A DNA stretch of 24,858 nucleotides from an uncultured Nitrososphaerota archaeon (lineage in GTDB: Archaea > Thermoproteota > Nitrososphaeria > Nitrososphaerales > Nitrosopumilaceae), in the NCBI GenBank assembly GCA_963824385.1, contig CAWGPD010000005.1, forward strand, positions 1 to 24,858, written 5' to 3'. The notes below the pieces were generated by a model. That model was not told the DNA's origin. It ran no database searches and saw only the letters and a list, made by a program, of their open reading frames with translations. Below are positions 1-9,216 of this stretch, piece by piece. The position numbers and the translations under genes are program-made. How positions within the stretch are numbered: the first letter of the stretch is position 1; the number at the start of each line of letters is the position of its first letter.

Positions 1-152
1 CCACATATTCATTAAAGCACATTTGCCAAAGATCCATTCTAAGAACAAGCGTGAATTTCCAAGAGATTATTTAATTACATCCCAGGAGAATCTCGCCAGT
101 GATTATCAGTAATGGTAATTTGTGATGATTCTTTTTATAAGATAAAATTATT

Positions 153-902
153 ATGATAATGTTCAAGACTATGCAAAAATCAAAAATAAAAAAAGAGTCG
201 CCAAAAAATTCATCTACATTACTGCTTGGCATTCCAGGGCCTGGATTGATAGGAAGTATGGCAATCACATACATCGTACAATCATTAAAGATGGATCTGA
301 TAGGAGAGATAGAAACTAGTCCTGCATCCATCATATTTGTAGACAATGGTCAGATTGTAGGACCTGTTAGAATTTATAAAAAAGATAAAACATTTGCAAT
401 CATATCTGACATACCAGTAGACTATGATAACGTAGTAGACTTTGTAGAATCAGTAATAGACTTTGCAAAAAGAAATAACGTTGGTTTGATTATATTTTCA
501 TCAGGCATTCATGTACCTGATAGAAATGTAGCAGGCCTCAAGACGTATGGACTAGTAACCAATGAAAAACTTGAACAAACTCTTTACAATAACGAAATAC
601 CCAAATTTCTATCAGGCGTAATAAGCGGACCTGATGCCACCATTCTTACGCAGTTGAAAAATTCGTCAATACCTACAATAGCATTACATACAGAATGCAA
701 TTATTTTTTCCCAGATCCTGATGCTGCAATGCAGACCATCAAAACAATATCACGTATAACGAAGATAAATGTAGATTTAACAGAATTTAAGAAGCAAATT
801 GACTACCTAAGACTACAAAACAGGCAACTCATGGAAGAGACACTAAATGTAATGCAGGCACAAAAAGAGCAACCAACCGCCCCTCCGCAGATATACAAGT
901 GA
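153..902 (+). CDS. PAC2-family proteasome assembly chaperone (PbaA/PbaB-like)
   Basis: LLLGIPGPGLIGSMA N-terminal motif, SGPDA and FPDPDAA motifs, C-terminal IYK (HbYX). True start could be ATG 159 or 171. Confidence 0.88.
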   Translation: MIMFKTMQKSKIKKESPKNSSTLLLGIPGPGLIGSMAITYIVQSLKMDLIGEIETSPASIIFVDNGQIVGPVRIYKKDKTFAIISDIPVDYDNVVDFVESVIDFAKRNNVGLIIFSSGIHVPDRNVAGLKTYGLVTNEKLEQTLYNNEIPKFLSGVISGPDATILTQLKNSSIPTIALHTECNYFFPDPDAAMQTIKTISRITKINVDLTEFKKQIDYLRLQNRQLMEETLNVMQAQKEQPTAPPQIYK

Positions 903-907
903 GTGAC

Positions 908-1299
908 ATGTCAGATTTTGCTTCCATCATAGAAAAACAGATGAACTCCTTTTTTGGAAATACGATATTTGATGATTTTATACACAAAGAGCTTAGTTCC
1001 CCTGTCTCATCTAAAAGAAAGACATGCTAGCTGGACTTTGGAAGTTGACCTGCCACTAGTTGACAAGAAGAATATAGTAGTAACATTATCAGATGATCAT
1101 CTCAGCTGTAAAGGCAAAACTTACCAAGACATATAGTATATCAAGGGGCGCTACAGTCACAGAGTTTGATTATTTTAAAAAGACAATAAAACTTCCAAGC
1201 GGAATTAACACAAAACAGATTTCAGCAAACTTCAATAATGGTATTTTGAAAATCACAATGCCAAAGCCTGCAGATGGCAAAAATATATCAGTGGAATAA
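908..1299 (+). CDS. hsp20: Hsp20/alpha-crystallin small heat-shock protein, two apparent +1 frameshifts (about 987 and 1103)
   Basis: Starts MSDFASIIEKQMNSFFG at ATG 908, continues in ORF 954..1136 (WTLEVDLPLVDKKNIVVTL) and ORF 1093..1299 (FKKTIKLP..ISANFNNGILKITMPK). Confidence 0.88.
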
Positions 1300-1474
1300 A
1301 TTAATTATCATAAGACGGAAAACCTGTAGATATAATAAATAAAAATTATGAAAATAACTATTCTATTTAATATCATAGATATTACAAATTAAAGTGATGC
1401 TAGTTATCACATTTGAAAATCCCTTTGTGATTTATTAAGTACTAGAATGTAGGATATATAGTGCAAGCAAAAAA

Positions 1475-1702
1475 ATGACAGAGAAACACAATATCATCCA
1501 TATTGACGAATCAGACCGAGGCAGTTGTTATTATTGCGGTAGTCCTGCATCCATCAAGGTTGGTATGTGGTCTGAACTAGCACCTACAAAGGAAGAAGAT
1601 GAAAAACAGAGCTGGCGTGCTGTTCTCATATGCAAGGAATGCAATAGTAAACATAGCTGGGTGGACGAACAAGGTTTACCAGACACCTATCTTGGATACT
1701 AG
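1475..1702 (+). CDS. Small zinc-ribbon protein (CxxC...CxxC)
   Basis: 75 aa with CYYC and CKEC; TATA-like TTTATTAA at 1431-1438. Confidence 0.7.
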   Translation: MTEKHNIIHIDESDRGSCYYCGSPASIKVGMWSELAPTKEEDEKQSWRAVLICKECNSKHSWVDEQGLPDTYLGY

Positions 1703-1728
1703 ATAAATCCAAGACCTTTTCAGAATCC

Positions 1729-1853
1729 AAGTCTTACAGTTTTTGAACTAACAGTTAATCCGAATCCAAGAGATTTTGTGAGTAAAATTTGATACAAAAT
1801 GTGCAGTAAGCTTATCTGGGTAGCTACAAAACTCCCTCTCTTAATTTTTTATT
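1729..1853 (+). repeat. Copy of the intergenic element also at 7344-7497, lacking the left arm
   Basis: 1730-1781 matches 7377-7428 at 48/52 nt; CTACAAAACTCCCTCTCTTAATTTTTTATT resembles ATACAAAACTCCTTTCCTTAATTTTTTATT at 7466-7495. Confidence 0.92.
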
Positions 1854-4132
1854 CTCTATGAGGTATTTTTATCACAAATGTGGATGGCAGTTTTACATGT
1901 ATTGTCCATCCATGTTGTTCTATTAGGTTCCTACAGGTTGGTAATCCAAGACCTGTACCTGATCTTTTTGTTGTAAATAGCGGTTCAAAGATATGTGATA
2001 ACACCTCAGGTGATATACCGTTTCCAGAATCTGAAATTTCTATCACATCACCATCAAATTCATTTCTGATCGCCACAGTGATTTTGCCTTTATTGGCATC
2101 GACTGCCTGAATTGCATTGTTAATTATATTTTCAAAAACGATTTCCAATTTTATTTTATCACAGTCTACCAGTAGATCATTGTTAGGCAAAGTTATCTCG
2201 ATATTATCAGGCAATATTATTTTATCAACGCAAGAGTTTAGAATTTGTAATATTGAATTAGACTCTTTTTTGATATCAGTAGATCTGACAAAATTCAATA
2301 CATCTTCAATCTGGTATGATATTCGCAAAGCAGATTTATCGATCATGTTAATTAGAGATAATTCTTTTTCAGTCATGTCTTGTTTACGCATTATTAACAA
2401 TTCGGCGGCATTGTGAATTACGCTTAGAGGACTTCGTATATCATGCGAGAGTCTAGATGATAGACTCACCTATTGTTGTTAGTCTTTTTGTCTTTTCTTC
2501 CTCAAGTGCTTCCCTAGTACTAAAAATTTCGGTCATATCTCTTAGGGAAACTGTTCTTCCTATCACCTTGCCTGAATCGTCATAAAAGTTTGCTCCGCTA
2601 AGAAGGGTAGGAAATTCCGAACCGTCTTTTCTTGTCAACCAAATAGTTTGATTTATGATTCTATCAGTCTTTTTCCATTTCTCCATTCCTTTTGATAATT
2701 CCTTGAGGCTTTTTTTGGATGTATGTTCAAAAATGGATTTCCCGATTACTTCATCTTTTGTATAACCTAGACTATTTGTGTAATTATCATTGCAATCTAG
2801 TATGATTCCATCTTCAGAAATAGAACGTAGAAGATCAGGTGCATACTCGTAAAGACTTCGATATTTCTTCTCTGTTGCAGAGAGAATCTCATAGGTTTTT
2901 CTTAGTTCTTCGTATTGGTCTAGTGCACGCTTCTCTGATAATTCTAGTTTCTCAACTTCTACAAGTTTTTCTCGTGCGGCCTGTATGTTTTTAATCATGT
3001 GGTTAAATGACCTGCCAAGTTCTCCAAATTCATCAACAGAATCTTCCTCCACCATCGTTCCAAAACCTTTTGCAGATACTTGCTCAGTTGCTATTTTTAG
3101 TCTAGTAATGGGCTCTGAGATGAACTTGGATGCAATCAATGCAAAAACCATCACACTGACCATAGTTATTGATACAAGTACCAGTATTCCATTGCCCAGT
3201 GTGGCGATAGGTTCTGAACTTTTAGCTAAATTGTAACTCAATGCCCCAATGAAGATGATCGGAATTATAGAGGATATCAGAAATAATGTAATTAATTTTG
3301 TTTTCAATCTAACAGATCTAATAGTTTTCTCCATAGAATAATGGGATTTCAAAATCACTAGTGTTATTCCAGATAAAATAAACAATATGCTAGTATGAAA
3401 TGCCATTCCAGTACTCAATCCGGGTATGTAAAAGTAGAGAAACGATAAATTCGTAGCATATCCGATAAGACCAAGACCTCCAGATGACAGTAAAACTAGA
3501 CCAATCCAAAATGAGGGCTTTTTTGATTTTATATAATTGGACAGAGAAAATATTCCAGCCGTTACTATTAGAATAAAGTCTGCCATTGTAGCTATTGACG
3601 GTCTTCCTAGAACAGAGGTGTTTTCGTTATGTGATTCTTTTACAAATAAATTCTCGATTCCTGTGTATATGCCGGTGAGATTGGATACAAGTAATGTAGC
3701 CATAAACAGAAAAATCACCAGACCTGATGCCGAGATGGCAATTTCGCTTAGACCAAGTCTTCCTTTTTGCATCTTTGCAATAAAATATAGAACAATCCCA
3801 CTGAAAATAAAAGATGCCGAAGTACTAAATTTCATAGTTACTGCATGAGGTAATACTTCTTCCAAAGGTACTACATTGAATACCCATCCAATTGTGACCA
3901 ACATTCCTACACCAAAAATTATTATTGCCAAAATTTTTGCTATTTTGATTTCTAGTCCTTCCATTTGGCAACCAATTTTTTCATCATGCTGTACACTAGT
4001 ACGATATTTTGATATTTTATCGTACAGGTTTTTGCATTTTTTGTTTTCAGAATTTTTAATTTCATCATTGTCAGATTTTAATAATTTATTCTCATCATAG
4101 TCAAGACTCCCATCACTGGATTTATCAGTCAT
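1849..4132 (-). CDS. Membrane sensor histidine kinase (multi-TM, HAMP, PAS, HisKA, HATPase), one apparent +1 frameshift near 2464
   Basis: ORF 2453..4132 has TM helices, HAMP (DEFGELGRSFNHM) and PAS; ORF 1849..2469 has SHDIRSPL, NIINNAIQA, DSGNGI, GTGLGL. Removing one base gives TTIGELSSRLSHDIRSPL, about 760 aa. Confidence 0.92.
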
Positions 4133-4221
4133 TTCTCATGTTATAGCTAGTACAAAACGGTATATTGTGCTGTTTGTTCAAAAAAAACATACTTTGAGTA
4201 AATAAGGAAATTGGTTTATCT

Positions 4222-4237
4222 GAGTCTTACAGGACGC
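4222..4237 (+). repeat. GAGTCTTACAG core repeat copy
   Basis: GAGTCTTACAGGACGC, preceded by AATAAGGAAATTGGTTT, which resembles the A-rich arm. Confidence 0.85.
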
Positions 4238-4312
4238 ATTTTGTCACTTGTAATCAAAATAATCATTGCATGATGTATTCTAACATATTACGTTCTGTGT
4301 CTGGTTGTCATT

Positions 4313-4543
4313 CTAGACGGATCTGAAGATTAGTGCAATATACCCGATTAGCACTCCGGCCCATATCGTACCTGCACCTTCCCAGAATGCAAGTTGATTG
4401 GTGCCGCCTCCATATCCTCCACTTTGTGGATGGATTACGAATATTGTCACTAGGCAGCATGCCAGCATCAATGCTACTCCTATTGGCAGATATCCATCAT
4501 GTCGTTTTCTTTGTGTTTCATACGAACTTGTGTATGATGACAT
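4313..4543 (-). CDS. Small two-TM membrane protein (76 aa from ATG 4543)
   Basis: Two hydrophobic segments separated by a Gly-rich loop; the ORF-track extension to 4681 looks non-coding. Confidence 0.6.
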   Translation of the reverse strand: MSSYTSSYETQRKRHDGYLPIGVALMLACCLVTIFVIHPQSGGYGGGTNQLAFWEGAGTIWAGVLIGYIALIFRSV

Positions 4544-4757
4544 GGTGAATAATACGTGATTCAAAGATATACGGATATCGAATCTGAGACAGTTCATTTT
4601 ACATGTAATGTAGAACATTTGTGAAGTAAAACGTATGATCTGATGATGAAGGATTATGCCACGGCAGAGCCTAAAATTCATTGGTCAAACTTTGGAACGA
4701 ACTACAGAAAATCTATCCCTTTCACTATTTCTTAATAGTTTGAGTGTCGTATGATAA

Positions 4758-5183
4758 TTGAGTCCTATGTTTGCAAGGATACTTGTGGCAGTCGATGGTT
4801 CGGAATCTGCAAAAAAAGCATTTGAAAAATCAATCTACCTTGCTCAAAAATGTAATCGAAAGCTAGATCTGGTTCACGTTGTAACATGCGAACTTGGTGG
4901 AGATAGTACCATCATTTATGATCTGTTAGATGAGGCCAAGATAAAGGCTAAAAAAATGTTGAAAGAATACAAAATTGAGGCCTCTAAAAATAACATTCCG
5001 TTGGAAATCACGATAACACAAGGAGATGCAGCAAAGATCATAATTGAATTTTCAAAGAAGAACAAGTATGATCTTATAATCATGGGAACTCGTGGAAGAA
5101 ATGCCTTTGAGGAATTGTTACTTGGTAGCGTCTCGTTGAAAGTTATGCATCATGCAATTTGTCCAGTAATGGTAGTAAGATAG
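4758..5183 (+). CDS. Universal stress protein (UspA family)
   Basis: ILVAVDGSESA and DLIIMGTRG...LLGSVSLKVMHHAICPVMVVR. Start may be ATG 4767. Confidence 0.95.
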   Translation: MSPMFARILVAVDGSESAKKAFEKSIYLAQKCNRKLDLVHVVTCELGGDSTIIYDLLDEAKIKAKKMLKEYKIEASKNNIPLEITITQGDAAKIIIEFSKKNKYDLIIMGTRGRNAFEELLLGSVSLKVMHHAICPVMVVR

Positions 5184-5391
5184 TGTATTTGGAATGTTTA
5201 CCTTTGAGAGTCATTTATTTTCTTGATCATTGTGTTCTTTTTCTTTTAATTGGAATGTATTTGGCCTTATGGCAAAATGTGAATTGTACCATCATCAAAC
5301 CAGTTACAGTCACAGAGTTCCTGAGAATTTTTTCCAATTTGCTTCATGCATATCATGGCTACTCCCTTATGATCATCTTTTGAATGTCCGC

Positions 5392-5402
5392 ATGTCTTAC
5401 AG
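5392..5402 (+). repeat. Degenerate core repeat copy (ATGTCTTACAG)
   Basis: 9/11 match to the core, intergenic, followed by TTCAAACTGA, similar to TTGAACTGA and TTCAAACTAA after other copies. Confidence 0.6.
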
Positions 5403-5593
5403 AAATTCAAACTGATGAAATCCTATAACCGAATTTATTATAACCAGAAGTTTTATGGACAATTTCCAGTGATTGTTTCAATGAGATAATTGATCTTCCA
5501 AGTTCTTAAAACTTTACTACAGCAGCATGTATTCCCAAGCAAATCGGAGGTAAACCATTTTTACGGATTGTCGATAAACTCGTTTGGAGAATT

Positions 5594-5622
5594 AAAATAA
5601 AAAAAGGAAAAGGAGTTTTGTA
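5594..5622 (+). repeat. A-rich arm AAAATAAAAAAAGGAAAAGGAGTTTTGTA
   Basis: Similar to 7344-7373 and to the reverse complements of 1825-1853 and 7467-7497; last 13 nt identical to 6149-6161. Confidence 0.85.
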
Positions 5623-5623
5623 A

Positions 5624-6104
5624 CTACTCTGAAATTGTAATGCGAAAGATTTTAGCCTCTTGGTCAGGGCAGTCATTCTTGCCTCTAGGAAGGTGGCCGA
5701 TTCTTGTCAGCAACATCCATGCCGCTCTTTACCTCACCAAACGCTGTATACTGGCCGTCAAGGAACGTGCTGTCACCTGTTACGATGAAAAACTGTGAAC
5801 CTGCACTGTTTGGGTCGTCGGACCTTGCCATGGAAACAACGCCTCTCTGGTGAGGTTTGGAATTAAATTCTGCCTTTATTGCATATCCAGGTCCTCCCAT
5901 TCCCCAACTGCTTTTGTCTGGTTGTTTTGTATTTGGATCTCCGCCCTGAATCATGAATCCGGGTATTATCCTGTGGAAAAGTACGCCATCATAAAAATTG
6001 GACTTGGCCAGTTTGACAAAATTCCTTACGGTCTCAGGAGCATAATTTGGTAATAGTTCAAAAACAATGTTTCCAAAGTTGGTCTCTATTGTAGCTTGGG
6101 GCAC
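5624..6104 (-). CDS. Cyclophilin-type peptidyl-prolyl isomerase, one apparent +1 frameshift near 5701
   Basis: FHRIIPGFMIQGGDP, SMARS.DPNSAGSQFFI, FLDGQYTAFGEV. Removing one base extends it to DKIGHLPRGKNDCPDQEAKIFRITISE*, stop at 5624-5626. Confidence 0.95.
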
Positions 6105-6148
6105 GCTTCACAAACAGCCATTTTATCATAAGAGTCTTTCTTCATTCC

Positions 6149-6179
6149 AAGGAGTTTTGTAGCGAGTCTTACAGAACTC
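6149..6179 (+). repeat. Arm end fused to core: AAGGAGTTTTGTAGCGAGTCTTACAGAACTC
   Basis: Exact core at 6164-6174; same arrangement as 7361-7386. Confidence 0.9.
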
Positions 6180-6195
6180 AGGTTTCAAACTAATT

Positions 6196-7254
6196 TTATT
6201 TAGATTTTAAAAGTCTTACAACAAAAATAGTTCCACTGGCGCTAGTCGATTTTACCTTTACACTACCACCATGCTTGCGCATTATAACATCACTTGCAGG
6301 CAATCCAAGACCGGTTCCTATCATCCTTGTTGTAAATAATGGATCAAATATTTTATCTAGCAAATTTTGTGGGATTCCTGTACCTGTGTCTCTCATTTCT
6401 ACTTCAACATCAGTTGCGTTTTCTATTATCTTGATGTCTATTCTGCCATTATTTTCCATTGCTTGGATTGCATTTAAAATTAGATTTACAAATACTATCT
6501 CAAGTTTGTTTGGATCACAGAGTGCTATTACATCATTATCTGGCAGGTTAATTTGTATACTCTCTGGAATTGTTATTCCATTTACAGTATTTGTAATTAT
6601 GTCTAAAATTGAACAAAGTTGTAATGCTAATTCAGGAGATCTTACATATTCCATCACTTCATTTACTTGGTGAGACATTCGATCAACTGCACGGGTCATC
6701 ATGTCAACGTGGTGAAATGCTTCTTTTGAAACAAGGTTTTTTGATTTCATAAGCTCGATGCTATTTTTTACTATGTTCAGTGGGTTTCGAAAATCATGCG
6801 CTATTCTTGCAGTAAGTTCTCCGAGTATTGTCATTTGTTGAAGCTTAAGATTACTTATCAATTCCCTTGCATTTGTCATGTCAGATATGTCCCTTATCAC
6901 ACTATTACTACCAAGCAAATTTTTGTTCTCGTCATACAGGCTAGACGCACTGATTAATGCAGGAAATGTACTACTGTCTTTTCTTTTCATTATGATCTCC
7001 CTGTTTGTTACACTACCTGTTTTTTTCCATGTGTCAAACGAGTTTTTCATTGCAGGTATGCTAGAACAATGAACGTGCTCAAAGATGGAAGCGCCTATTA
7101 CCTCTTCTTTTGCGAATCCCAGATCTTTTGCATATGATCTGTTACATGCAATGATTATGCCGTTAGTATCTATGGTTCTGAACATTACTGGAGAATCTTC
7201 ATAATGATTCTTGTAAATTACCTCATAAGGAAAATATTGATTATCTTTGGACAT
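6196..7254 (-). CDS. Cytoplasmic PAS histidine kinase
   Basis: PAS domain, AHDFRNPL, NLILNAIQA, DTGTGI, GTGLGL; no TM. Start set at ATG 7254 (ORF open to 7308). Confidence 0.93.
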   Translation of the reverse strand: MSKDNQYFPYEVIYKNHYEDSPVMFRTIDTNGIIIACNRSYAKDLGFAKEEVIGASIFEHVHCSSIPAMKNSFDTWKKTGSVTNREIIMKRKDSSTFPALISASSLYDENKNLLGSNSVIRDISDMTNARELISNLKLQQMTILGELTARIAHDFRNPLNIVKNSIELMKSKNLVSKEAFHHVDMMTRAVDRMSHQVNEVMEYVRSPELALQLCSILDIITNTVNGITIPESIQINLPDNDVIALCDPNKLEIVFVNLILNAIQAMENNGRIDIKIIENATDVEVEMRDTGTGIPQNLLDKIFDPLFTTRMIGTGLGLPASDVIMRKHGGSVKVKSTSASGTIFVVRLLKSK

Positions 7255-7343
7255 GATTTTATGAAAGATTTTCTGGCTTTTAATAGATTGTATCACATTT
7301 TTATACAAAAATGATGATAAAAATCGATTACAATGTTCGGATC

Positions 7344-7497
7344 AAAATAAAAATTAAGGAAAGAAGTTTAGTAGTGAGTCTTACAGTTTTTGAACTGACA
7401 GTTAGTCCGAGTCCAAGAGATTTTATGAAAACATAGTATGATAGAGATAAGCTGAATCGAAGTAGATACAAAACTCCTTTCCTTAATTTTTTATTTT
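7344..7497. repeat. 154-bp element with imperfect ~30-bp terminal inverted repeats (MITE-like or recombination-site-like)
   Basis: Left AAAATAAAAATTAAGGAAAGAAGTTTAGTA vs reverse complement of right AAAATAAAAAATTAAGGAAAGGAGTTTTGTA; core at 7376-7386. Confidence 0.85.
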
Positions 7498-7593
7498 ATC
7501 TTATTGTTTCATGTCTTTAGAACTATAATTTATTTTCAATAATTGTTTCAGTTGAGGGAATTAAATACATCTTATAATTAGGCTTGCCTAAGA

Positions 7594-9114
7594 ATGATAT
7601 CAAAAACCGTTATTTTATTTGGCATAATCATCGCACTCTCATCTGCTCTGACAGGAGTTGTTGTCTATCACTTTACGTCAAATTCAAATCAGGTTGCGAT
7701 GGTAACCAAGACACCTACACCTATTGTATTACAAGGTGTAACTAGGACCTATTACATGGCAGCAAACGAGGTAAACTGGAATTATGCTCCGTCCGGTACA
7801 AACCTGATAACAGGCAAGCCTCTTGCAAATGATTCTGTAACAGCACTCTATACACAAAATGGAGTAGACAGGATTGGTAGTGTGTATCTAAAGTGCCTCT
7901 ACCAGGGATACACGGATGATTCCTTTACAACACTACAAAACCGAACTGCCGAGTGGCAACATCTTGGCATACTTGGACCTGTGATTCATGCAGAAGTTGG
8001 TGATACCATCAAAGTAGTATTCAAAAATAATTGCAGAATTCCTGTCAGCATACATCCACATGGAGTTTTGTATGACAAGGCCTCAGAGGGTGCACCATAC
8101 AATGACGGTGTGCCAGATTCTCAAAAAGCAGGTGATGTAGTACCACCTGGTGGCAACTTTACATATATCTGGAATGTGCCAGAGAGGGCAGGTCCTGGAC
8201 CACATGATCCAAGTTCTATACTATGGATGTATCATTCACATGTAAATGAAATAACAGATACAAATGCAGGACTTGTCGGACCTATTATAATAACAAGAAA
8301 TGGAGAGGCAAATCCTGATGGCACTCCAAAAGGTGTGGACAGGGAGTTTGTTACTTTGTTTACCATATTCAATGAGACTCAAAGTCCTTACTTGGCAAAT
8401 AACATCAAGACATTTACTGGCGAGAACATGTCGCAGGTAAACGAGACTGACCCGAATTTCTGGGAAAGCAATCTCAAGTATTCCATTAATGGGTACATCT
8501 TTGGAAATACTCCTGGACTTGACATGCAACAAAATACTCATGTACGCTGGTATGTGGCAGGCATGGGTGGCGAGAGCGATTTGCATGCACCACATTGGCA
8601 TGGAAATACATTGTTAATTGACGGCATGCGCACAGACATGGTAGAACTTCTTCCAATGAGCATGAAAGTGCTAGATATGTACCCTGATAACGTTGGCACC
8701 TGGCTTTTTCACTGCCATGTAAATGATCACATCCAAGGCGGAATGCTGGCACTATATACAGTTGAGAAAAATAATGGGACCCAAGGCACCAATACATCTG
8801 GAGAGAATCTCAAAATTGGATTAACAACTGATACTGCAAATCCAACTACTGGTCAACCAACTAACCTCAAGGTGGATTTTATCGACAGTCAAACAAATTC
8901 AATTGAGGAGCACGTTGACTACAAGGTTTCAATCCTCCAGGGAACAACACAGGTGTTCTCCACCTCTGTCTCACATACTACAAATGGTTCTGTCACTATA
9001 CCATACCAGTTCCAAAATGCAGGAGCTTACCAGATAGTAGTTGAGGTGGACGGGGTTTGGTTCCTGCCAGCTTCAGAGACAGCGCAATTTCCAATCAATG
9101 TTTCAAATTCATAA
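7594..9114 (+). CDS. Membrane-anchored two-domain multicopper oxidase with extra C-terminal beta-rich domain
   Basis: N-terminal TM/signal; Cu motifs HPH, HSH, HAPHWH, HCHVNDHIQGGM (type 1 site only in domain 2). Confidence 0.92.
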   Translation: MISKTVILFGIIIALSSALTGVVVYHFTSNSNQVAMVTKTPTPIVLQGVTRTYYMAANEVNWNYAPSGTNLITGKPLANDSVTALYTQNGVDRIGSVYLKCLYQGYTDDSFTTLQNRTAEWQHLGILGPVIHAEVGDTIKVVFKNNCRIPVSIHPHGVLYDKASEGAPYNDGVPDSQKAGDVVPPGGNFTYIWNVPERAGPGPHDPSSILWMYHSHVNEITDTNAGLVGPIIITRNGEANPDGTPKGVDREFVTLFTIFNETQSPYLANNIKTFTGENMSQVNETDPNFWESNLKYSINGYIFGNTPGLDMQQNTHVRWYVAGMGGESDLHAPHWHGNTLLIDGMRTDMVELLPMSMKVLDMYPDNVGTWLFHCHVNDHIQGGMLALYTVEKNNGTQGTNTSGENLKIGLTTDTANPTTGQPTNLKVDFIDSQTNSIEEHVDYKVSILQGTTQVFSTSVSHTTNGSVTIPYQFQNAGAYQIVVEVDGVWFLPASETAQFPINVSNS

Positions 9115-9149
9115 AAAATGAAAAATTGAGTTCAAACTTGTGAGGGTTC

Positions 9150-9164
9150 GAGTCTCACAGGACT
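9150..9164 (+). repeat. Core repeat variant GAGTCTCACAGGACT
   Basis: 14/15 identical to 9758-9772; intergenic. Confidence 0.85.
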
Positions 9165-9216
9165 TTAATCTATTGGTAGGAAGATTAAAGAAAAGCTCTG
9201 CTAATTTATCTTTGAT

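Noticed and set aside
1880..4100. Antisense ORFs over the kinase, and similar ones over the other long genes
   Set aside because: Shadows of well-supported genes on the opposite strand or in another frame.
4552..4584. Hairpin and short words (TACGTGAT, GATTCAAA, ATACGGAT) shared with 9698-9720
   Set aside because: Matches are 8 nt and not collinear; cannot be separated from chance.
5159..5415. Plus-strand ORFs 5159..5383 and 5230..5415
   Set aside because: Weak starts, no motifs, overlapping a gene end or a repeat.
6211..6222. AAGTCTTACAAC as an eighth core copy
   Set aside because: Lies in the kinase coding sequence (VVRL) and lacks the final G; chance is plausible.
7374..7436. Peptide MSLTVFELTVSPSPRDFMKT encoded by the repeat element
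   Set aside because: The twin lacks the start codon and three of four differences are non-synonymous; conservation is at DNA level.
7594..9114. nirK call
   Set aside because: Four HxH motifs and a domain-2 type 1 site indicate a two-domain oxidase, not nitrite reductase.
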